DNA from: Pseudomonadota bacterium
GTDB taxonomy: Bacteria; Pseudomonadota; Gammaproteobacteria; Burkholderiales; JABEVD01
Length of the DNA: 63,610 bases
Assembly (NCBI GenBank): GCA_021802655.1
Contig: JAJZRP010000005.1
Coordinates: 1 to 63,610 of the forward strand
Direction of reading: 5' to 3'
Under the pieces are notes generated by a model. That model had not been told where the DNA came from and ran no database searches. It saw nothing but the letters and a program-made list of their open reading frames with translations. The position numbers were made by a program, and so were the translations under genes. Within the stretch, counting starts at the first letter, position 1. Every line of letters starts with the position of its first letter. Positions 51,394 to 59,631 of the stretch are shown piece by piece.

Positions 51394-52057
51394 ACGGGTA
51401 GCGCTTTCGCCTGTTTTTCAGGTATTCGGCAAGATCCTTCCTCCTGCCTGCATAAACCAGAATGGCCACCAATGCAATTATGCCGAGAATAATCACCAGA
51501 TAATATCCTATTTCTTCGAGAGAAAAGGGCTTTATCATGACAGTGTGCAGGGGAGGTGTAATATCATCAACCCGTGCTTCGGATAGTTTCTGGACGATAG
51601 CATCGATGCCTTTCAACAGTGCCTGGTTTGTCATTCCGGCCCGCAAGTCGGGCAGCACACTCGTTTTCAAAATCGACTTTGCGGTCGATTCGGGAAGCCC
51701 CTCCTTCAGTCCTTCCCCTATGGTGAGGTGCGCCACTCGCTCTCTTGCTGCAATCAGAAACAAAACATGCTTGTCCACTGCATTTTCTTCAGGGTGCCAA
51801 ACCGACTCGACCCGGGCGGCGTATTTCTCGATGGGTTCCTTGTCGAGAGCGGGTACCAACAGGATTTCGATATTGACTCCATTGAAGGTTTCCAGGCTTT
51901 CAAGTTTCGCATTCAAAGATTGGATCTGCGCCACATTCAGAAGACCTGTCAGGTCGGTGATGCGATTCCCTTCGGGGGGAACGTCAATTTCTGCAGATGC
52001 TATTCCCGTGCAAAGCAGCATGGCAATACCCAGCAATGGCCCGAATAATTTGTTCAT
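51386..52057 (-). CDS. TPM domain membrane protein
   Basis: Signal peptide, RITDLTGLL, EPIEKYA, GEGLKEGLP, C-terminal TM helix. Confidence 0.8.
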   Translation of the reverse strand: MNKLFGPLLGIAMLLCTGIASAEIDVPPEGNRITDLTGLLNVAQIQSLNAKLESLETFNGVNIEILLVPALDKEPIEKYAARVESVWHPEENAVDKHVLFLIAARERVAHLTIGEGLKEGLPESTAKSILKTSVLPDLRAGMTNQALLKGIDAIVQKLSEARVDDITPPLHTVMIKPFSLEEIGYYLVIILGIIALVAILVYAGRRKDLAEYLKNRRKRYPFK

Positions 52058-52230
52058 GTTAGACGCCCGTCTGAGGTGATTGCACTAGTTGCAATTATAA
52101 CGCTGATGGGGTGGGTGCTGTCATGAAACCATTTTCATCTTTAATCTCTCCGGGTTCAATTCCCCGCCGCTTTAGGTACCAAGTGAAGTTTCTGGAGCGG
52201 GCGGTTGGCAATCTATCTGGATGACTGGAT

Positions 52231-52256
52231 AAAAAAAGAGGCCGTAGCCCCTTTTT
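52231..52256 (-). terminator. Intrinsic terminator for the 85-aa ORF
   Basis: Minus strand GGGGC-TACG-GCCTC followed by T7, directly after the stop codon. Confidence 0.75.
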
Positions 52257-52514
52257 CTATGCTTCCACAAGATCAAGTCGCCGTTCTATTCGGGTCAGTT
52301 TCCCGTCCATTTTGTCGATTCTGCGGTTTATCATTGCTACGTCTGCATGTAACCCGGTGAGCTCGCTTCGTATGCTTACCATTTGATCTTCTATTGAGCA
52401 CATACGGTTTTTCATGGTTTCGAAGTTTTCCTCTGTTTCTTCCTTGAAGCTTCGAAGCTCGTTTCTGAGCGCTTTCAAGTGTTCGATGATGATGTTGTCG
52501 ATTTCGTTTTCCAT
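52257..52514 (-). CDS. Small coiled-coil hypothetical protein
   Basis: AGGAG RBS, heptad-rich sequence (IIEHLKALR..LTRIERRLDL), its own terminator. Confidence 0.75.
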   Translation of the reverse strand: MENEIDNIIIEHLKALRNELRSFKEETEENFETMKNRMCSIEDQMVSIRSELTGLHADVAMINRRIDKMDGKLTRIERRLDLVEA

Positions 52515-52544
52515 GCTGGTTTCTCCTATTGTGAATATCTTAGA

Positions 52545-52700
52545 CTATTTTTGATGACCCATCATCAAAATTCGTTTTTCCTTTTTCCGCCTCCGGCAGG
52601 CTCTGGCTGCTTTTCTGCGTTGTTCCTTTCGGCTGAGTGTCGAAGTTTTCGGTCTGCCTGGATTTTTCGGGATTCCCGATGGAAGCTCATTCGCAAATCT
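52545..52700 (-). pseudogene. Start-less fragment with GRPK and basic helix motif (YbfE-like or small phage DNA-binding protein remnant)
   Basis: Manual translation RFANELPSGIPKNPGRPKTSTLSRKEQRRKAARACRRRKK; preceded in frame by a TGA, no start codon. Confidence 0.45.
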
Positions 52701-52723
52701 TCAAAGCGAATGGGGCGCACCAT

Positions 52724-52945
52724 CTACTCGGTCCTCGCCCGGACCTTGACGGCATAGGCTGACATGAAGGCAAGCGACTTTTCCCTGCGCACTTTCTCGA
52801 TGACGTTCCAGTTTTTGATATACCAGTTTTCGCGACTGCTTCCGGCCCATCGTGGAACGTTGCGTTCCATCCAGTCGTAGACTTCTGGCCATGTTACGGG
52901 GATTTCGCCGAACAGATCGGCGGCGGGGTTGAATTTAGAGGGCAT
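52724..52945 (-). CDS. Hypothetical protein, possibly phage-derived
   Basis: 73-aa Trp-rich ORF (DLFGEIPVTWPEVYDW) next to the dif half-site. Confidence 0.55.
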   Translation of the reverse strand: MPSKFNPAADLFGEIPVTWPEVYDWMERNVPRWAGSSRENWYIKNWNVIEKVRREKSLAFMSAYAVKVRARTE

Positions 52946-53000
52946 GCGCCATGTTAAGGCGGCTTTTGAAATATTGGCCTATCAGTTCTGATAGCTTACG

Positions 53001-53010
53001 ATTTAACATA
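53001..53010 (-). other. Left junction: XerD half-site of the split dif
   Basis: ATTTAACATA equals the first 10 nt of the reverse-complemented dif XerD arm (ATTTAACATAA). Confidence 0.8.
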
Positions 53011-53073
53011 TATGCATACCAATCATGTATATTGTATGTAATAACAATATGATAGCTCATTTACTATGTCAAC

Positions 53074-54012
53074 TTAGTCGTTTCCGTAGTCAGGTTCATA
53101 TTTCATTTCACGTTCTTGTTCATCTTCGTAGATATAGTTTAGGTTGGCCGCAATGATTTCATCGCTTCCCATAAGAATCAGATCGCACGTTGGGCAACAG
53201 AATTCCTCACCCTCAAATTCTCGTCTGACGATCTCCCAGATGTCATACTCATCGCGCTCTTCAGTAATATCTTCGCTAGTTTGATCTCCCGTCATGAAGG
53301 CACGGCAATTACATGCGGGGCAGTTTATAGTCCAAATTTCACCATAGAGTCCCTTGAACAGACTTGCCTGTGAGTACGCTTCTCGCTGTTGTGATTCTTT
53401 TTGTAGGCGCTCTCGTTCTGCTTTTTTGATTGCCTCAAATTGTTCCTTGGCAGCGACGACGCGAAGTTTTACTGCTGCGGTGAGAGCTTTTGCAGCTTCG
53501 GTGAGCAATCGGCGAGGTGCTTTAGCATCGGCAGCACCTAGCCAGTGCTCAAGTGAAGACTCCATATAACGGAGGATTGTGTCGCCGACATGCCAGTAGC
53601 GCGTTTCCCAAGCATCTAACCGCATGGATCGAAAGGGAAGATCAGCGGAATGAAGTTCAGCATTTCGACGTTCTGCAATGTCCTGGCAGAATTTTTGGAG
53701 CGTTTTGTCAAACCTCGGGACAAGATGCGAGAGGCGCTCGAAGAGCGTCTTGGAGGTGATGGTCTTCACGTCTGTTGTTATGTTGATACCGGCTGCTACG
53801 AACATGGATTGCCAATGGTTTGGATCCACAACAAGGCTTGGATGATTACGAGCAAGCGCAGCCTTGCCTAGAAGCTCAAGGGCGAGCGAAGCCCAAAGCT
53901 GATATTCTTCGAGATCATCGCAGCTTTTCCTGGAAAGAGCGCGACCGATATAGACTTTCGACTTTGAGTAAAGTGCATCACTGTCGATAGCTATGAATAT
54001 GTCGTCACTCAT
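53074..54012 (-). CDS. HEPN-domain protein with C-terminal Zn ribbon (putative RNase effector)
   Basis: LALELLGKA helix and RNAELH (R-x4-H) HEPN motif; CPAC and CPTC pairs; acidic tail. Confidence 0.7.
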   Translation of the reverse strand: MSDDIFIAIDSDALYSKSKVYIGRALSRKSCDDLEEYQLWASLALELLGKAALARNHPSLVVDPNHWQSMFVAAGINITTDVKTITSKTLFERLSHLVPRFDKTLQKFCQDIAERRNAELHSADLPFRSMRLDAWETRYWHVGDTILRYMESSLEHWLGAADAKAPRRLLTEAAKALTAAVKLRVVAAKEQFEAIKKAERERLQKESQQREAYSQASLFKGLYGEIWTINCPACNCRAFMTGDQTSEDITEERDEYDIWEIVRREFEGEEFCCPTCDLILMGSDEIIAANLNYIYEDEQEREMKYEPDYGND

Positions 54013-54691
54013 TTATGAGAATCCTCACTAGGCGGCGCCTTGAGTTTTGTACACATGATCCACGTCCATGAAGGACACGCCAGTTATCGATGATCAGGAT
54101 ATCGCCCTGTCGCCACTCGTGAATATAAGGGTAGCTAGATGTTAACCGGTCTTCGACTAGCTGTAGAGCATCCCGTCCACGCTCGTTAACCGCTTCGAGA
54201 CAACCAGGATCATAACGGAGGAACGTACGATCTTGTGATAGGATGGTTGAGTAGAATGAACGCCGACCGGTTCGCACTAGAATAGGAGCGCTTTCGAGAA
54301 GCAGAAGCTCATGTGCCGAGAAGCTAAGACTTCGCCAGTCGATTAACCTTGAGTCTGTGCTGGGTGTTCCTGGATTGATGCATCCCAGAAGAATATAGCG
54401 GCAGGGGCGTGGCCGATGACTATGTTCGGCGTGAAAAGGTAATTCATTCAGGCCATATCGAGCGCTTAAGGATCTCGGATGGGCATAATCGGTTGTTTGG
54501 GGGCGAATTATTTCCTCAAGCGCACCAGCCCTGCCAAATGCGCGCGAACCTAAGAGGTCGCCGATTCGTCCGATCTCATCGCTGACGGCATCTGCCTCTG
54601 AATTCTGGGTACTATGACAGGCCCAACCGACCTTGGCTAGTGAGGTTAGCAATGTTGTCGAAATAGCGCTTTCGGTACAGGAGTGCTTCAT
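54005..54691 (-). CDS. TauD/TfdA-family Fe(II)/2-oxoglutarate dioxygenase
   Basis: PFHAE (H-x-E), WRQGDILIIDNWRVLHGR, distal Arg in RRLVR. Confidence 0.85.
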   Translation of the reverse strand: MKHSCTESAISTTLLTSLAKVGWACHSTQNSEADAVSDEIGRIGDLLGSRAFGRAGALEEIIRPQTTDYAHPRSLSARYGLNELPFHAEHSHRPRPCRYILLGCINPGTPSTDSRLIDWRSLSFSAHELLLLESAPILVRTGRRSFYSTILSQDRTFLRYDPGCLEAVNERGRDALQLVEDRLTSSYPYIHEWRQGDILIIDNWRVLHGRGSCVQNSRRRLVRILINE

Positions 54692-54699
54692 CGATGACC

Positions 54700-57675
54700 T
54701 TAGCGATTGAGACGGACGCGAAGCCGCCGTGCTCGTTCAAGGAATGCTGTTTCACCACCCTCAAGGATGTCGCAGACTGCCTTCCGAATTGCCTCGTTTT
54801 CCAGCCCACCCGCAACATACTTAATCAGTGGAAGTCCGCCTGATGGATGAGGGCCGGCTTCGGCTACGATAATCTGGTCTGCATCTGTGTTGATGACCAA
54901 GTTGGCATTATGCGTAACTATAATGACCTGGCGTTTCGCCTTGGCTGCAATGAAGAGCGCTACCAATTCATCGAAGACGGATTTCGGGTCCAGATTTTCT
55001 TCGGGTTGGTCGATAATTAACGGTCGATCATCAGAATCATCGAGAGCAAGATAGAGAAGCAATAGCACTATGCCCCTAGTGCCCGGTGAGAGCTTCCGGA
55101 TGTCGACGCCATCATAGGCGATTTCATAATGAACGGTGATATGATCGGTGTTGAAGAGCCAGTGTGCAAACTGCTTCGACCAAGTACGGAATTCGGCCTG
55201 CTGCGTCGGTGCATAGGGGGCGTGCGAGAGTAGATCGTTCAGGTGCTTCCCAATGAAAGCTGTCATCGCAGACCGAACTTCAGCTGAATTTCCGGTCTCC
55301 CACACGGATTTGAGTGCTTCCGTCGCAGCTGCGATTAGAGAACCACGACCATAAAATGGACCGGTTTTACGCCTGTCGAGGAGTTTTTCTTCTGCAATTG
55401 AGCCCCATACTTCTATGTCAGCACTCCTGCGAACTGAGAAGCTAAGCTTTTTGAGCGTACCAGACGATGCCGCAAGCCGTGCCATAAGTGGTGCATAGAG
55501 GCTGGCAAGTGCATCTTGTTCATTGATAATTGCCTCAAAAATTCTACCATAAGTATCGTCTCGCTCAATCTGAAGACTCTTCCGGCGAGCGGCGGCGCCT
55601 TGTGCATCGATGAGCCGGGCTTCCAGGGTTTGAAGGGCGGAATTTTCCTGTGAAATTCTGGAGGTCAGTGCAGTGTATTGATCTCGGACCAGTTTGTCGG
55701 CGCTAAACAGCGCTTCGAGACGCGTCATTTCAGCGGCAATCGGCGCAAGTGGAAAAGTTTCAAGATCGGCATGGTCTGCGATCAGTGAGGCGTTCGGATC
55801 TCCTAGTGGTGGAGGGATGCCGTTGAGCTTGGCGATCTCCTGATCCGCCCATGCGATATAAGCAGTAAGGCTTTTATCGACATCGCCTTTATATACCATC
55901 AGGAATTCATCCCATTGCTGAGCGCCCAAGCCACTGTTGCCGTGTCGCGCCTGGACTTGGCGGAGCATCTCAAGTGCACCAGTAGTACGCATGCTCCGAA
56001 CTTCATCTTGCAGGGCTACGAAAGTACGGCGCTGGTTTCCCAAGGTCTGAATCTTGCTTCGAAGTTTTTGTGCAGCCTCACTGAGTTGGGTGTAACGCGT
56101 CATTTGTGCTTCGGTTCCCTTGACGACGAGCTTAGCGCGGTCAGTGTTGTAATCGGCGATCTGCTGCTTCTTCTGAGTGACCTGTGCCGTCAGTGTGGTG
56201 ACGAGGCTCTCTTTCTCGAATTCAGTAGCGATGCGCTCGGAAATATCGGAGATCGCATCGACTTCACGCGCACGCGCCTGCTGAAAACGTGTAGTTTGCT
56301 GGGATCGCAATTCTGTGAAATCGATTACCCATTCGCGATCGTCTTGGGAGTGTGATTCAAAAATTACGCGTTCGATCTCGTTTACGAGACCGTCTGAGAT
56401 GCCCTTGGCAGAGCAAAGCTCTTCGACGAACTGTTGGGAAAGATAGCGGGCGCGCGGAAATGACATATGGCCATTGGCATCGCTGCCGTCTAGAGAGCGA
56501 TTGACAGTCGTGCCGTTGCCCCAAGTGAGTGTCGTGGTTGCATCTCCAATTAGACTTCGGGCACGCGCCAAGAAAGATGGGCTGCTGTTTTCGTCCATAT
56601 CCCATCCAGAAGGTGAAATTGCATCGCAGCCTGCAGCAATCACGTCGGCCAAAGCGGTTTTTCCTGAGCCTCGTGCCCCAATGATCGCTACAAGACCGGG
56701 GTTGAGGGGGATGTCTGGTGTGTTAGCCCAATCAGCGTTATCAATCCTAACGTGCGAGATGACCTGTGAAGGTATCGCAGATCGAGGCGGCTGTTCCCCG
56801 ACATAAGTTCGTCCCTCGGGATCGATACATGCCTGACGGAGTGTATCGAATTCCAGCGCACCTTTGACCCAGGAGAAACGATTATCATTGGGTTGGCCTA
56901 CGGATTTCTGCTCATGAGAGTCGCTGCCATGAAGACATGGTTTACAGCCGTCATATCGTTCCCTCAACTTTTCTTCGCTTATGTCACGCTGACCAAGCCA
57001 AAATTCTCGTTGAGCAGGGTTGCTTGAGAAAATGATATGGGCGAACTTCTCGATTTCTTGACGCACGGTTGCGTCTGCGGCTTGCCGAAGACCGGACGTA
57101 CCGTCGCCGGTACCGCCAGCTACGGCGATCAGGATGTTCTTTGTCGCCCATTCGCTTTCTTGAAAGACGTTACGTAGCTGGTCGAAATTGACCTTAAATT
57201 GTGTCGCACCGTGTCGAAGAGCAGCGCCATCATCGCTGATCGTTGAGTCGGCACACTTGCCGAGCTTGATCAGTTCCTCGCGCGTACAGTCGAAGCGATC
57301 CTTATAGGCATGAAATTGCAAGCGCTTGAGGATACGCTTTACCTCCGTAAGGTGCTCAGGATCCTCGGGGCTAACTAGTAGATGGATGTTCACGAAGCCC
57401 GTTTTCGCCGCTACGTCGAGGCGCAGTTCTATATTAGGGAAGATAAGTTGCACCCCCGGCAATCGTCCGGCCATCTTGTGTTTGAGAAATTCCTCGTAAG
57501 TGTCGGTGACGTAGTAGTCGGTGACGGCGATCGCCTCAATTTTTGGCGTTAGAGTTTCAAGCGTCGTTAGATATGCGCTCCATGGATCGTTAGTACCGAA
57601 CTGATCGTTGAGGATGGTTCCGGGTGCATGAATATGGGGATCCCATCGGTGCCATTCTGAACCACGACTGATCAT
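54700..57675 (-). CDS. PHP-domain + ABC/SMC-type ATPase (TrlF family, Ppl-like)
   Basis: PHP motifs WDPHIH, VTDY, NIHL, GSDSH; Walker A GARGSGKT; coiled coil; LSPGT signature, IIDQPEENLD, VTHN; GGAGGGG RBS. Confidence 0.9.
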   Translation of the reverse strand: MISRGSEWHRWDPHIHAPGTILNDQFGTNDPWSAYLTTLETLTPKIEAIAVTDYYVTDTYEEFLKHKMAGRLPGVQLIFPNIELRLDVAAKTGFVNIHLLVSPEDPEHLTEVKRILKRLQFHAYKDRFDCTREELIKLGKCADSTISDDGAALRHGATQFKVNFDQLRNVFQESEWATKNILIAVAGGTGDGTSGLRQAADATVRQEIEKFAHIIFSSNPAQREFWLGQRDISEEKLRERYDGCKPCLHGSDSHEQKSVGQPNDNRFSWVKGALEFDTLRQACIDPEGRTYVGEQPPRSAIPSQVISHVRIDNADWANTPDIPLNPGLVAIIGARGSGKTALADVIAAGCDAISPSGWDMDENSSPSFLARARSLIGDATTTLTWGNGTTVNRSLDGSDANGHMSFPRARYLSQQFVEELCSAKGISDGLVNEIERVIFESHSQDDREWVIDFTELRSQQTTRFQQARAREVDAISDISERIATEFEKESLVTTLTAQVTQKKQQIADYNTDRAKLVVKGTEAQMTRYTQLSEAAQKLRSKIQTLGNQRRTFVALQDEVRSMRTTGALEMLRQVQARHGNSGLGAQQWDEFLMVYKGDVDKSLTAYIAWADQEIAKLNGIPPPLGDPNASLIADHADLETFPLAPIAAEMTRLEALFSADKLVRDQYTALTSRISQENSALQTLEARLIDAQGAAARRKSLQIERDDTYGRIFEAIINEQDALASLYAPLMARLAASSGTLKKLSFSVRRSADIEVWGSIAEEKLLDRRKTGPFYGRGSLIAAATEALKSVWETGNSAEVRSAMTAFIGKHLNDLLSHAPYAPTQQAEFRTWSKQFAHWLFNTDHITVHYEIAYDGVDIRKLSPGTRGIVLLLLYLALDDSDDRPLIIDQPEENLDPKSVFDELVALFIAAKAKRQVIIVTHNANLVINTDADQIIVAEAGPHPSGGLPLIKYVAGGLENEAIRKAVCDILEGGETAFLERARRLRVRLNR

Positions 57676-58182
57676 GCCCCCTCCATAATCTCTTTTGATC
57701 GTACTTTACCGTCATGGGAATATTTCTTCAATCCAACTTGCTACCAATAAGCCTAGTTACTTAGAATATGCCTTCTTCCAGCATTTGAACATGTGTCTCA
57801 TACCAGAATATTAATTTCCGGTTCATAGCAATGTGTTGAGAGCTGGATGGATTGTTGGATGCGCTTAGAGATCGGGAAGAATCTATGACTTGGCTGGAGA
57901 TGATGGAACGTGGTGTCGGTGCTGCTAAATTAAATGACCTCTTGTGTCGCCGGAAAAAGCTGAAACCGCGAGCCAGCATGTTGCATGGCTATTGTTTCCA
58001 TGCTATTCTCAGATCACTATCTACGTACCAGACGGCCCGGCGTGGTGAATCCAATATTTTGGACACTGTGCTGGCATGTGCGGATCCGATAGTTAGGTTT
58101 GCGCCAGAACACTTAGTTTCAGCGTTGCACGCCTCTCTATTGCCGCAGCGGTAGGGAGTTATGCGATAGATACCGAATAATG

Positions 58183-58215
58183 GCGGAAACTAGCGAAAGC
58201 TGGTTTCCGCTTTTT
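58183..58215 (+). terminator. Strong intrinsic terminator on the + strand
   Basis: GCGGAAACTAGC-GAAA-GCTGGTTTCCGC-TTTTT (12-bp stem with one G-U pair, GNRA loop). Confidence 0.8.
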
Positions 58216-58217
58216 CA

Positions 58218-59042
58218 TTAAAAAAAATCATTGCTGAACATGTTTAGGTGAGAGCTGGATTTTACCTCATGCTGGGAATTATGGCAGTCCAAGAACGAAC
58301 CGCTTATATGCGTTGTGTCGCCACTGCCGCATGAAACATTGTAATGCCTCCAGGAGTCAATCCGCCTTCCAAACCTAAAGTTGCCGCTGATCACACAGGC
58401 AATAACATGCGGTGCTCCGGTACCTAATCTGGCATGTCGTTCCTTTCCATAGGAAAAATATTTCTTATCATCGTCGATGATGTATATCGTGGGACGATCA
58501 GATTTCCGACGCGGCTGCTTTCTATTCTTAAGTAGAGCGATCTGATCGGTCACATTGCCTGAGAATGTCGATTTACTTGCATCGTCACGACATATTCGTG
58601 CTAATGTCTGCAGATCATTCCCAACAAAGTTACGAAGTGGAAGAATAACGACCTGTTCTGTATCCGAATCCTGCATTTCCTCAATCAGAAATGAAAAGTT
58701 CCGGAGTGGTTTGGAAAGTTTCTGCCTTAGGAAGTTTTGGAGATTTTCAATCTTGTGAGGCACCTCGAGTATCACTGTAAAGAACGAGTTCCTGACTTCG
58801 GCTATCATGTTCTCCAGCGAGGAATCCACCAAAAGGATCACAGCATCCATATTTCTGGTGGCATATTCGAGATATTCTAATGCATTTCGATGATCACCTG
58901 AAGGATTAAAGATTCCGACGCTGAAGTCATCACCTTTAAACCGACCGGGAAGCTGTGATTTTGGCATGATGTTAGCCTGCCGCCGCCTATATTCTTCACA
59001 TAATTCCTGGTTAGTTGAAATTAACCCAACGAAGACCTTCAT
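58218..59042 (-). CDS. Hypothetical protein with His/Cys-rich C-terminus
   Basis: 274-aa ORF coupled to the upstream gene (TGA-C-ATG); no family recognised. Confidence 0.75.
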   Translation of the reverse strand: MKVFVGLISTNQELCEEYRRRQANIMPKSQLPGRFKGDDFSVGIFNPSGDHRNALEYLEYATRNMDAVILLVDSSLENMIAEVRNSFFTVILEVPHKIENLQNFLRQKLSKPLRNFSFLIEEMQDSDTEQVVILPLRNFVGNDLQTLARICRDDASKSTFSGNVTDQIALLKNRKQPRRKSDRPTIYIIDDDKKYFSYGKERHARLGTGAPHVIACVISGNFRFGRRIDSWRHYNVSCGSGDTTHISGSFLDCHNSQHEVKSSSHLNMFSNDFF

Positions 59043-59043
59043 G

Positions 59044-59469
59044 TCACCTGAAAAGTTTAACCAATACTGAAACGGGAATCGTAATCTTCTCTAAGTCGGA
59101 ATCTGGCAATTTTGAGAGTAACCGCATTAAGGCTACACCGTTTACAATACCCTTGGTAGCTCTTCCATCGGTGGCTATATTCTCGTCTTTTGTTGGTTCC
59201 ACAGGAAAACTATACTCTACGTTTCCGGGCACTATACCTAATTTTGCACGCTGTGTTGGATGCTCAACCAACTGATAGCCAAAATCCGTGCCGCTGTTTT
59301 TTACAAAAGACTTCAGGGACTCCGTTCCCAGAATGCTTTTATAGTCTTCATTTTCAAACTTGCGCTTCAACTGCGCAGGAAGGTCGCTTAGAAGAAGAGG
59401 TTTCTGCTCGGAGCGCCAAGTGTCATCAGCCAAGTTTTTTAATGCATTACCAAGGTCATTTTTATTCAT
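59044..59469 (-). CDS. Hypothetical protein with LOTUS/OST-HTH-like N-terminal domain
   Basis: LLLSDLPAQLKRKFENEDYKSILGTESLKSFV resembles the OST-HTH pattern; GGAG RBS. The domain call is by eye. Confidence 0.6.
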   Translation of the reverse strand: MNKNDLGNALKNLADDTWRSEQKPLLLSDLPAQLKRKFENEDYKSILGTESLKSFVKNSGTDFGYQLVEHPTQRAKLGIVPGNVEYSFPVEPTKDENIATDGRATKGIVNGVALMRLLSKLPDSDLEKITIPVSVLVKLFR

Positions 59470-59631
59470 AACATCTCCCAGAATAAGCTAATGCCAGCGT
59501 GCGGCAATTTATTATGCCAATACATTGATTCACATGCACGCTACGTTAGGAAAAAGTGATGCGAAATTCTTTTTTCGCAGATGAAATTTAACAATTATGC
59601 ATCCTAGTAATAACTTAAGGAACAGAGCGCA

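Noticed and set aside
52150-52181. tRNA or tmRNA 3' end (GGGTTCAATTCCC..ACCA) near smpB
   Set aside because: The T-stem has a C-C mismatch, CCA is 4 nt too far away, and there is no acceptor, D or anticodon arm. No ssrA is visible in the window.
53015-53042. Second, inverted dif-like site inside the left end (core TGTATA)
   Set aside because: The XerD-like arm matches only 7 of 11 positions and the XerC arm is poor; plausible by chance in AT-rich DNA.
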